The notes below the pieces were generated by a model that saw only the letters and a list, made by a program, of their open reading frames with translations, made no database searches and was not told where the DNA came from. From assembly GCA_964637875.1 (NCBI GenBank), contig CAZWXK010000008.1, positions 4,222 to 68,221 of the forward strand: a stretch of DNA of 64,000 bases, read 5' to 3'. The DNA comes from an uncultured Rhodobacter sp. Its GTDB lineage: Bacteria > Pseudomonadota > Alphaproteobacteria > Rhodobacterales > Rhodobacteraceae. Shown piece after piece: positions 55,450 to 64,000 of this stretch (positions are counted from its first letter, which is position 1; every line of letters begins with the position of its first letter). The translations under genes were made by a program, and so were the position numbers.

Positions 55450-56261
55450 GGATGCCGCTTTCCGCCATGATCGGGTTGGTCGTGACTGCCGCCATTTTCC
55501 TGGCGGCGATCCTTGCGCCACTGATCGCCCCCTATGGCATGGCCGAGATCGTCGGCGATGTATGGGAACCCGCCTCGGCTGCGCATTGGCTGGGAACGGA
55601 CAATATCGGACGCGACCTGTTGACCCGGTTGATCTACGGGGGCCGTACGACGATTTTCATCGCCACGCTGGCAACGACGCTTTCGTTTTCCCTCGGCGCA
55701 TTTCTGGGGTTTTCGGCGGCGGTGATCGGCGGTTGGGTCGATCAGGTGATGTCGCGGCTGATCGACCTGCTGATGGCCATTCCGTCGCTGATCTTTGCGC
55801 TGGTCGTGCTGTCGGTAATGCCGGTGACCTTGCCGGTTCTGATCGTGGTGATGGGATTGCTGGATTCGACACGGGTCTTTCGCCTTGCCCGCGCCGTGGC
55901 GGTGGACATCAACGTCATGGATTTTGTCGAATCCGCCCGGTTGCGGGGCGAGGGACGTATCTGGATCATCTTTCGCGAGATCCTGCCCAACGCGCTGTCG
56001 CCGCTGGTGGCCGAGCTGGGGTTGAGATTCATCTTTGCGGTGCTGTTCCTTTCGACGCTTTCCTTTCTGGGTCTTGGGGTGCAACCGCCGGCCTCGGACT
56101 GGGGAGGGATGGTCAAGGAAAACAAGGACGGCATCGTTTTCGGCATCAACGCGGCGCTGTACCCGGCTGCGGCGATTTCCGTTCTGGCGATTTCGGTCAA
56201 TCTGGTCGCGGACTGGGTGCTGAACCGCACCTCGGACCTGAAAGGAGGGCGCGGTGACTGA
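55446..56261 (+). CDS. ABC transporter permease (DppC/OppC-like)
   Basis: HWLGTDNIGRDLLTRLIYG motif. ATGA overlap with the upstream permease. Confidence 0.85.
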   Translation: MRMPLSAMIGLVVTAAIFLAAILAPLIAPYGMAEIVGDVWEPASAAHWLGTDNIGRDLLTRLIYGGRTTIFIATLATTLSFSLGAFLGFSAAVIGGWVDQVMSRLIDLLMAIPSLIFALVVLSVMPVTLPVLIVVMGLLDSTRVFRLARAVAVDINVMDFVESARLRGEGRIWIIFREILPNALSPLVAELGLRFIFAVLFLSTLSFLGLGVQPPASDWGGMVKENKDGIVFGINAALYPAAAISVLAISVNLVADWVLNRTSDLKGGRGD

Positions 56262-57885
56262 TCGCCTGCTGGACATTCGCCACCTGCATGTCGAGGCGAC
56301 CGTGCAGGCGCCGGGAGAAAAACCCCGCGATATCGTGATTGCGGATGACGTCTCGCTGAGCCTGGAAAAGGGGCGCGTCCTGGGCCTGATCGGTGAAAGC
56401 GGCGCGGGAAAATCGACGATCGGGCTGGCGGCCATGGGATATGGACGTGGCGCGATACGTCTGTCGGGTGAGGTCTGGCTGAACGGGCGAAACATTCTGA
56501 GCGGCGGACTGCGTGAGCTGCGCCGCCTGCGTGGGCGCGAGGTCACCTACGTGTCGCAATCCGCGGCGGCATCGTTCAACCCGGCCACGCGGCTGATGGA
56601 GCAGATCATCGAGGCCGGGCTTGAACATGGTACAGGTTCGCGTCGGGCCCTGGTCGCGCGCGCGGTGCACCTGTTTTCCGAACTGGGTCTGCCCGACCCG
56701 GAACATTTCGGCCACCGTTACCCGCATCAGGTCTCGGGCGGGCAGTTGCAGCGCGCCATGACGGTCATGGCGCTGGTGCCCGAACCCGATCTGATCATAT
56801 TCGACGAGCCGACGACCGCACTGGATGTGACCACGCAGATCGATGTTCTTGCCGCCATCAAGAAGGCGATTCGCGAAACCGGCGTTGCTGCGATGTACAT
56901 CACGCATGATCTGGCGGTGGTGGCGCAGGTCTCGGATGACATCATGGTCTTGCGCAACGGGAAGACGGTCGAACATGGCAGCACTGACCAGATCATCAAT
57001 GCCCCGCACGAGGAATACACGCATGCGCTGGTTTCGGTTCGCTCGATCGAGCATGACGAGCAAACCCCGACCGACAACCCCGTACTGCGTTGCCGCAATG
57101 TTTCGGCACGCTACGGAAAGGGGGAACGGGTGCTGGATGACGTGTCGGTCGAACTGCACCCCGGTCAGACCCTGGCCATCGTCGGTGAGAGCGGGTCGGG
57201 AAAATCGACCCTTGCGCGGGTTATCACCGGGTTGTTGCCCCCCCTTGCCGGCGATGTCACGTTTCTTGGCCGCGAATTGTCACCCTCGCTGAATGGCCGC
57301 AGCAAGGATGACCTGCGCCAGTTGCAGATGATCTATCAGATGGCCGATGTCGCCATGAACCCTCGCCAGACGGTGGGCACGATCATCGGACGGCCGCTGG
57401 AATTCTATTTCGGCCTCAGGGGGCGTGCGCGGCGCGATCGTGTGCTCGAATTGCTGAACGACATCGAAATGGGCCCCGAATTCATCGACCGCTACCCGGC
57501 CGAGCTGTCGGGCGGGCAGAAACAGCGTGTCTGCATCGCGCGTGCCCTGGCCGCCAGACCGCGCGTAATCATCTGTGACGAGGTGACCAGCGCGCTGGAT
57601 CCGCTGGTTGCCGACGGTATCCTCAAATTGTTGCTGAGGCTGCAGGAGCGCGAGGGGGTGGCCTATCTGTTCATTACCCACGATCTGGCAACCGTCAGGG
57701 CCATCGCCGACAGCATTGCCGTGATGTATCGCGGGACGCTGGTTCGATATGGCCCCAAGAGCCAGGTCCTGGCCCCGCCTTTCGACGATTATACCGATCT
57801 GCTTCTGGCCTCGGTTCCCGAGATGAAACGCGGCTGGCTGGAAGAGGTCCTGTCCCGCCGCCGGATGGAAAGTGCCGGAAACTGA
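56254..57885 (+). CDS. Fused dual-NBD ABC transporter ATPase (DppD/DppF-like)
   Basis: Two Walker A sites (GESGAGKST and GESGSGKST) and two signatures (VSGGQLQR and LSGGQKQR). GTG start with AAAGGAGGG. Confidence 0.9.
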   Translation: MTDRLLDIRHLHVEATVQAPGEKPRDIVIADDVSLSLEKGRVLGLIGESGAGKSTIGLAAMGYGRGAIRLSGEVWLNGRNILSGGLRELRRLRGREVTYVSQSAAASFNPATRLMEQIIEAGLEHGTGSRRALVARAVHLFSELGLPDPEHFGHRYPHQVSGGQLQRAMTVMALVPEPDLIIFDEPTTALDVTTQIDVLAAIKKAIRETGVAAMYITHDLAVVAQVSDDIMVLRNGKTVEHGSTDQIINAPHEEYTHALVSVRSIEHDEQTPTDNPVLRCRNVSARYGKGERVLDDVSVELHPGQTLAIVGESGSGKSTLARVITGLLPPLAGDVTFLGRELSPSLNGRSKDDLRQLQMIYQMADVAMNPRQTVGTIIGRPLEFYFGLRGRARRDRVLELLNDIEMGPEFIDRYPAELSGGQKQRVCIARALAARPRVIICDEVTSALDPLVADGILKLLLRLQEREGVAYLFITHDLATVRAIADSIAVMYRGTLVRYGPKSQVLAPPFDDYTDLLLASVPEMKRGWLEEVLSRRRMESAGN

Positions 57886-57959
57886 GGCCGGGCCGGCGCA
57901 TAGCCGGGCGCAATCCCGGGCCGGGGCACCGTCGGGGCACCCACGCCCCGACATGGAGA

Positions 57960-58898
57960 TCAGTCAAAGAAATACGGACCTGCATCCCCGAGCAGGATGC
58001 GGGCCAGCTCGGCCCCCAGTTCGGCGGCGTCGTCGATCGGGCCGCGCAGCTCGTGTGCCAGACATTCGGAACCGTCGGGTCGCAGGATCTCCCCGCGAAT
58101 GTGGATGGTCTCGTCATGCAGGCTTGCCAGGCCTCCGATCGGCATCTGGCACGAGCCGTCCAGACCGCGCAGAAAGGCGCGCTCGGCGTCCAGCCGATAA
58201 CCGGTGGGAAAATCATGGATCGGCATCAGCAGCTCGCGCAGCTTTTCATCGGCGCCACGCCGCTCGATGCCGATGGCGCCCTGGGCGATGGCGGGCAGCA
58301 TCTCGCTGACCGCCACGGGCGCGCGGGCGGCCTCTTCCATGCCCAGGCGGTTCAGCCCTGCCATGGCCAGAAAGGTGCAGTCGGCAACGCCGTCTTCCAG
58401 TTTCTTCAGCCGTGTCTGCACATTTCCGCGAAATTCAACAACCTTAAGGTCAGGACGGCGATAGAGGATCTGCGCCTTGCGCCGCAGGCTGCTGGTGCCG
58501 ACCCGTGCCCCGGGCGGCAGGTCTGTCAGGCGCTCGAACCGCGGGGACAGGAAGGCATCGCGCACATCCTCGCGCGGCAGGAAACAGTCCAGCACCAGTC
58601 CCTTGGGCTGGTCAACGGGCATGTCCTTCATCGAATGAACCGCGATGTCGATACGGCCGGCCAGCAGGGCGTCCTCGATTTCCCTGGTGAACAGGCCCTT
58701 GCCGCCAACCTCGCTCAGCGGTCTGTTCTGGATGCGATCGCCGGTCGTCTTGATGACAACGATCTCGAACATGTCCTCGGAAAAGCCGTGCATTTCCATC
58801 AGACGGCGACGGGTCTCGTAGGCCTGCGCCAGCGCCAGCGGCGAGCCGCGCGTGCCGATGCGCAGGGGTGAAGCGGTATTTGGCCATAGCGGTTGCAT
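57960..58898 (-). CDS. hemC: Hydroxymethylbilane synthase (porphobilinogen deaminase)
   Basis: LRIGTRGSPLALAQA at the N-terminus. The dipyrromethane Cys is in the DGSCQMPIG region. Confidence 0.9.
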   Translation of the reverse strand: MQPLWPNTASPLRIGTRGSPLALAQAYETRRRLMEMHGFSEDMFEIVVIKTTGDRIQNRPLSEVGGKGLFTREIEDALLAGRIDIAVHSMKDMPVDQPKGLVLDCFLPREDVRDAFLSPRFERLTDLPPGARVGTSSLRRKAQILYRRPDLKVVEFRGNVQTRLKKLEDGVADCTFLAMAGLNRLGMEEAARAPVAVSEMLPAIAQGAIGIERRGADEKLRELLMPIHDFPTGYRLDAERAFLRGLDGSCQMPIGGLASLHDETIHIRGEILRPDGSECLAHELRGPIDDAAELGAELARILLGDAGPYFFD

Positions 58899-59039
58899 GA
58901 CCCCCGATGTAGCGGCACAATCCCGTACTGACAATGGCAAAGCCGCCATGATGCCGGGTGACACATTGACATCCCGCGCCCGAGGCGTGAGGAGGGGGCC
59001 GACATGGGCGAAATCAAGAACCGGAAGAAGGGGCAGGAG

Positions 59040-60077
<1,038 letters not shown>

Positions 60078-60217
60078 TGGCCCGGCCCGGGAAACCGGCC
60101 TGTCCATTTGCAAGCCGCAGCAAGGGGCATGGCCGGTACAGCGTCGTAACGTTCGGTGAAAATGGGCTACAACAGGGGGTCTCTCTGTGGCAGGCTGCCC
60201 CCGAGGAGGAACCGCCC

Positions 60218-60910
60218 ATGCCCATCACCACCTGCATATTCGATGCCTACGGAACGCTGTTCGACGTTTCCGCCGCTGCCCGCGAATGCGCGGCCGAGCC
60301 GGGGCGCAAGGCGCTGGCCGCCAAGTGGCAAGAGCTGGCGAATATCTGGCGCCTCAAGCAGCTGCAATATACCTGGCTGCGGGCACTGGCCGATGCGCAC
60401 ACCGATTTCTGGACCGTAACGCAAGAGGGGCTGGACTATGCCCTTGAAGCAACCGGTCTGAAAGGCGATGCCGAGCTGCGCGAACGCCTGCTGGCGCTGT
60501 ACTGGGAACTGTCCGCCTATGCCGAGGTGCCCGCAATGCTGGCCGCGCTGCGGGATATGGGGATGAACACCGCAATCCTGTCGAATGGCTCGCCCGACAT
60601 GCTGGCGGGGGCGGTGAAATCGGCCGGAATTGGCGATGTTCTGGACGATGTCCTGAGCGTCGAGGATGTGGGCGTCTTCAAGCCCCACAAATCGGTTTAC
60701 GACATGGTGACGGAACGATTCGGCTGTTCCCCTGCCGAGGTGTTGTTCGTATCGTCCAACTGCTGGGATGCCTGTGCGGCGGCTGGCAACGGGTTTTACA
60801 CGGCCTGGGCCAACCGCGCGGGCGAGCCCCTTGACCGCCTGCCCTGGCGACCACAGGTGATCGTGGGCGACCTCACCACCATTCCCGAAATTGCAAAAGG
60901 TGTGAAATGA
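60218..60910 (+). CDS. Haloacid dehalogenase type II (HAD superfamily)
   Basis: Nucleophile motif FDAYGTLFDV. It also has SNGS and a KPH lysine motif. GAGGAGG lies before the ATG. Confidence 0.8.
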   Translation: MPITTCIFDAYGTLFDVSAAARECAAEPGRKALAAKWQELANIWRLKQLQYTWLRALADAHTDFWTVTQEGLDYALEATGLKGDAELRERLLALYWELSAYAEVPAMLAALRDMGMNTAILSNGSPDMLAGAVKSAGIGDVLDDVLSVEDVGVFKPHKSVYDMVTERFGCSPAEVLFVSSNCWDACAAAGNGFYTAWANRAGEPLDRLPWRPQVIVGDLTTIPEIAKGVK

Positions 60911-61731
60911 AGCGATTTACCACATCCGACGGCCTGTCCCTTGCCTATGAGGATGACGGCGAGGGGCAGGCCGTTCTGTGCCTTGCCGGGCTGACCCGCA
61001 CCCATCGCGATTTCGATGACATGCTGCCTTATATCAAGGGCGCGCGGCTGATCCGCATGGATTACCGCGGCCGGGGCGAATCCGACTGGGACCCGAACCC
61101 GCAGAACTATACCGTGCCGGTCGAGGCACGCGATGCGGTCGAGCTGCTCGATCACCTGGGCATCGAAAAGGCCGCGATCATCGGTTCGTCTCGCGGCGGG
61201 ATCATCGGCATGTTTCTGGCCGCAACCGCCAAGGACCGGATCACCGGAGTGCTGCTGAACGATGTCGGCCCGGAACTTGACCGCAGCGATCTTTCACGCA
61301 TAGCCGGCTATGTGGGCCGCAACCCGCCCTGGCGCGATTATCTGGAAGCGGCGGCCAAGCTGCCTGACGAGATGCCCGGTTTTGACGACATCATCCCCGA
61401 GCGCTGGGCCATCGAAGCCGTGCGCCAGTGGCGCCAGACGCCCGACGGCCTGGTCAACCGTTATGACCCGGCGCTGCGCATCACGACCGAGGCCACGTTG
61501 AATGGCCCCGAGGTGGACATGTGGCCGCTGTTCGATGCGATGAAGGGGTTGCCGGTTGCGCTGCTGCGGGGCGAGAATTCAAGGCTTTTGTCCGGGGCTG
61601 CGGTCGAACGCATGATGGAACGCCGACCCGACATCATCTTTGCCGAGGTCATGGATCGCGGTCATATCCCGTTGCTGGACGAATATGAAAGCCTGCTGGT
61701 GATCGACGCGTTTCTGGCAAGCACCGCATGA
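60907..61731 (+). CDS. Alpha/beta hydrolase
   Basis: Nucleophile elbow GSSRGG with a C-terminal His (DRGHIP). ATGA overlaps on both sides. Confidence 0.75.
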   Translation: MKRFTTSDGLSLAYEDDGEGQAVLCLAGLTRTHRDFDDMLPYIKGARLIRMDYRGRGESDWDPNPQNYTVPVEARDAVELLDHLGIEKAAIIGSSRGGIIGMFLAATAKDRITGVLLNDVGPELDRSDLSRIAGYVGRNPPWRDYLEAAAKLPDEMPGFDDIIPERWAIEAVRQWRQTPDGLVNRYDPALRITTEATLNGPEVDMWPLFDAMKGLPVALLRGENSRLLSGAAVERMMERRPDIIFAEVMDRGHIPLLDEYESLLVIDAFLASTA

Positions 61732-62702
61732 CCGACATCACGATGATCGAGGCGGCGGCGCAGCGTGCGCAGGGTGTCGTGCGTCAAACGCCGCTGCTGT
61801 CGTCGCCCTTTCTGGACGAGATCGCAGGCCGGCGGGTGTTTGTGAAACCCGAATGCCTGCAACATACCGGCAGTTTCAAGTTTCGCGGCGCATGGTCGGC
61901 GCTGTCGGGAATGGGGGTGGACGCGCGTGCCTGCGGGGTGATCGCCTATTCATCGGGCAACCACGCACAGGGCGTGGCGCTGGCGGCCCGGATGCACGGG
62001 GTGCGGGCGGTGATCCTGATGCCGTCGGACGCCCCGCGCGTGAAGATCGAGAATACCCGCGCGCTGGGGGCCGAGGTGGTGCTGCATGATCGTGAAACCG
62101 ATGACCGCGATGAAATAGGCGCGCGGCTTGCGGCAGAACGGGGCCTGACGCTGGTCAAGCCGTTCGACAACCCGCTGGTGGTTGCCGGGCAAGGGGCGGT
62201 CGGGATGGAAATTGCGGCACAGGCTGGCGAGCGCGGGATCGGCACGGCACAGGTTCTGGTGCCGTGTGGCGGTGGCGGGCTCACCTCGGGTATTGCGGTG
62301 GCGCTTGAGGCGCGCGCGCCTGATATGGTCGTGCGCCCGTGCGAGCCCGAGGGGTTTGACGACACCAACCGTTCACTGCGCTCGGGCCGGCGCAAGGTGA
62401 ACGCAAGGCGTGGTGGCTCGATCTGCGATGCCATCATCACGCCCAGCCCGGGCGAAGTAACACTCCCGATCATGCAGCGCCTCTGCCAGCCGGGGTTTGC
62501 GGTCACCGAGGGCGATGTGCTGCGCGCGATGGCGCTGGCATTCGAGCGGCTGCGCATTGTGGTTGAACCGGGCGGCGCGGTAGCACTGGCCGCGGCGTTG
62601 TTCCATGCGCGGGCGCTGCCCGAGGGCGATGTGATCGCGGTGGTTTCCGGCGGCAATGTGGACCAAGCCTTGTTTGCGCGGGCTTTGGGCGTGAGGGGCT
62701 GA
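61728..62702 (+). CDS. PLP-dependent threonine/serine dehydratase family protein
   Basis: PLP-Lys motif GSFKFRGA and the GGGGL glycine loop. Confidence 0.8.
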   Translation: MTDITMIEAAAQRAQGVVRQTPLLSSPFLDEIAGRRVFVKPECLQHTGSFKFRGAWSALSGMGVDARACGVIAYSSGNHAQGVALAARMHGVRAVILMPSDAPRVKIENTRALGAEVVLHDRETDDRDEIGARLAAERGLTLVKPFDNPLVVAGQGAVGMEIAAQAGERGIGTAQVLVPCGGGGLTSGIAVALEARAPDMVVRPCEPEGFDDTNRSLRSGRRKVNARRGGSICDAIITPSPGEVTLPIMQRLCQPGFAVTEGDVLRAMALAFERLRIVVEPGGAVALAAALFHARALPEGDVIAVVSGGNVDQALFARALGVRG

Positions 62703-62704
62703 AC

Positions 62705-62759
62705 GGCGCCGCTTGCGCGGCACCGTGCCTCCGGCGGGCGTATTGGGGCAAAGAAGAAG
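62705..62759 (+). repeat. Intergenic repeat element, copy 3
   Basis: GC-rich hairpin region followed by CCTCCGGCGGGCGTATTGGGGCAAAGAAGAAG. Confidence 0.7.
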
Positions 62760-62765
62760 ACCTGT

Positions 62766-64000
62766 TCAGCCGTCTTTTCGGATGCGCTCGTTTTTGGGGT
62801 CGTGAGGGGAATCCACGGTGATTTCGGCATCCCATAGCTGGTCGAACATCCTGACCTTCAGTTTCTGCCCCGGCGCGGCGAGATCGGGCCTGACATAGCC
62901 CATGCCGATAGATTTGCCGAACGCCACCGAATAGCCGCCCGAGGTCAGGCGGCCAACCATGTTGTCGCCGTCATACAGCGCCTCGCGCCCCCAGGGATCG
63001 GCGTCGTCGGGGCCGTCGATCAACAGCGTCACACAGCGCGCGCGGATGCCGGTCTTGAGCATCGCCTGCTTGCCGTGGAAATCCTTGTCGAGATCGACAA
63101 AACGGTCGAGCCCGGCCTCGAGCGGGGTGGCGTCGCGGCCCAGTTCGGTGCCGAAGGCGCGATAGGATTTTTCCTGACGCAGCCAGTTCTGAGCGCGCGC
63201 GCCGACGGGTTTGAGGCCATGTGCCGCGCCCGCCTCGAACAGCTTGTCCCATAGATAGTTCTGCATCTCGATCGGGTGGTGCAGCTCCCAGCCCAGCTCG
63301 CCCGTATAGGCGACACGCACAGCGCGCACGGGGCACATGCCCAGTTCGATATCGCGCAGGCCGAGCCAGGGGAAGCGTTTGTTTGAAAGTGCGGTTTCCG
63401 GGGTGGCGTCGCGCAGCAGTTCATTCAGCACGTCGCGGGTTTTCGGCCCGGCAATGGCAAAGACGCCCCACTGGTTGGTGACATCGTGGATATCCACCCA
63501 TGCCCCGCCTGCGGACATGAAATCCTCGGCCGCCTTGCGCAAATAGTCGCTGTCATATTCCTGCCATGCGCCGGCGCTGATCAGGGTATAGTCATTCTCG
63601 GCCGTACGCAGGATGGTGTATTCGGTGCGCACGGTGCCCGCCGATGTCAGCGCATAGGTCAGGTTGATGCGGCCGATGCGCGGCAGACGGTTGCAGGTAA
63701 AGTCGTCGAGAAACGCGGTCGCGCCGGGGCCGCGCACGGCATGTTTGGCAAATGCTGTTGCGTCGATCAGGCCGACGCCGTTGCGGATGGCGCGGGCCTC
63801 GGCCGCCGCATATTGCCACCAGCCACCGCGGCGAAAGCTGCGTGCGGCCGCATCATCAAAGCCCGTGGGAGCATAGTAATTCGGCCGCTCCCAGCCATTG
63901 ACCTGGCCGAATTGCGCGCCAAGCGCCTTTTGACGATCATATGCGGGCGATGTTCGCAATGGGCGCGCGGCGGGGCGTTCCTCGTCGGGGTGGTGCAGGA
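62766..64000 (-). CDS. Dimethylglycine/sarcosine dehydrogenase-family protein, C-terminal aminomethyltransferase (GcvT-like) part (5' end outside the window)
   Basis: The frame stays open to the window edge beyond the listed Met. GcvT-type folate-binding region (AIAGPKTRDVL..., VAYTGELGWELH, GLDRFVDLDKDFHGK). Confidence 0.8.
   Translation of the reverse strand, partial: LHHPDEERPAARPLRTSPAYDRQKALGAQFGQVNGWERPNYYAPTGFDDAAARSFRRGGWWQYAAAEARAIRNGVGLIDATAFAKHAVRGPGATAFLDDFTCNRLPRIGRINLTYALTSAGTVRTEYTILRTAENDYTLISAGAWQEYDSDYLRKAAEDFMSAGGAWVDIHDVTNQWGVFAIAGPKTRDVLNELLRDATPETALSNKRFPWLGLRDIELGMCPVRAVRVAYTGELGWELHHPIEMQNYLWDKLFEAGAAHGLKPVGARAQNWLRQEKSYRAFGTELGRDATPLEAGLDRFVDLDKDFHGKQAMLKTGIRARCVTLLIDGPDDADPWGREALYDGDNMVGRLTSGGYSVAFGKSIGMGYVRPDLAAPGQKLKVRMFDQLWDAEITVDSPHDPKNERIRKDG

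Noticed and set aside
52792-56546. Long minus-strand ORFs (643 aa and 409 aa) antisense to the ABC importer genes; similar cases at 146-2630, 3553-4893, 9273-10562, 10618-11715, 23817-24755, 25006-25899 and 56197-57159
   Set aside because: All overlap well-supported genes on the other strand and show GC-rich shadow-frame composition (R/G/P/H/A-rich). None has a motif or a plausible translation start context.

Overview
This is a visibly GC-rich alphaproteobacterial chromosome segment. Synteny (nrdR-ribD; miaB..phoH-ybeY-corC-lnt; metK-trmB; rpmB / aroA-cmk-rpsA-ihfB-lapA-trpF-trpB) and a SAM-SAH-type riboswitch in front of metK point to Rhodobacterales. I can support about 62 protein-coding genes. 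I found no rRNA, tRNA, CRISPR array, IS element or prophage.

Most of the window is core metabolism: glcDEF glycolate oxidase, gabD, ribD, the O2-independent ubiquinone genes ubiT-ubiU-ubiV, metK, aroA, trpFB, hemF/hemC/hemE and a Dpp/Opp-type ABC importer. A few accessory islets interrupt it.

The best candidate for an undescribed system is a TetR-controlled six-gene module at 27078-33095. It contains a LolA-like periplasmic carrier, two LolC/E-like FtsX permeases, a LolD-like ATPase and a dedicated outer-membrane beta-barrel, with no membrane-fusion protein or TolC.

Other points worth a second look:
- a roughly 450-nt structured non-coding gap after trpB, followed by a PepSY / membrane-LuxR / DUF2158 islet
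- a periplasmic BNR-propeller fused to a c-type cytochrome, next to a nitrilase
- a three-copy intergenic repeat family ending in GTATT(T)GGnnCAAAGAAGAAG
- an FNR-type box in the ubiTUV promoter
- a perfect 23-bp AT-rich palindrome in front of glcD
- an orphan Flp pilin gene
- a small Cys-containing domain shared by two adjacent envelope proteins inserted between miaB and phoH

All calls rest on reading the ORF translations and the DNA by eye (motifs, gene order, signal peptides, hairpins). No similarity search or folding computation was run. Start codons are best guesses. The many long ORFs antisense to recognised genes are treated as GC-rich shadow ORFs.
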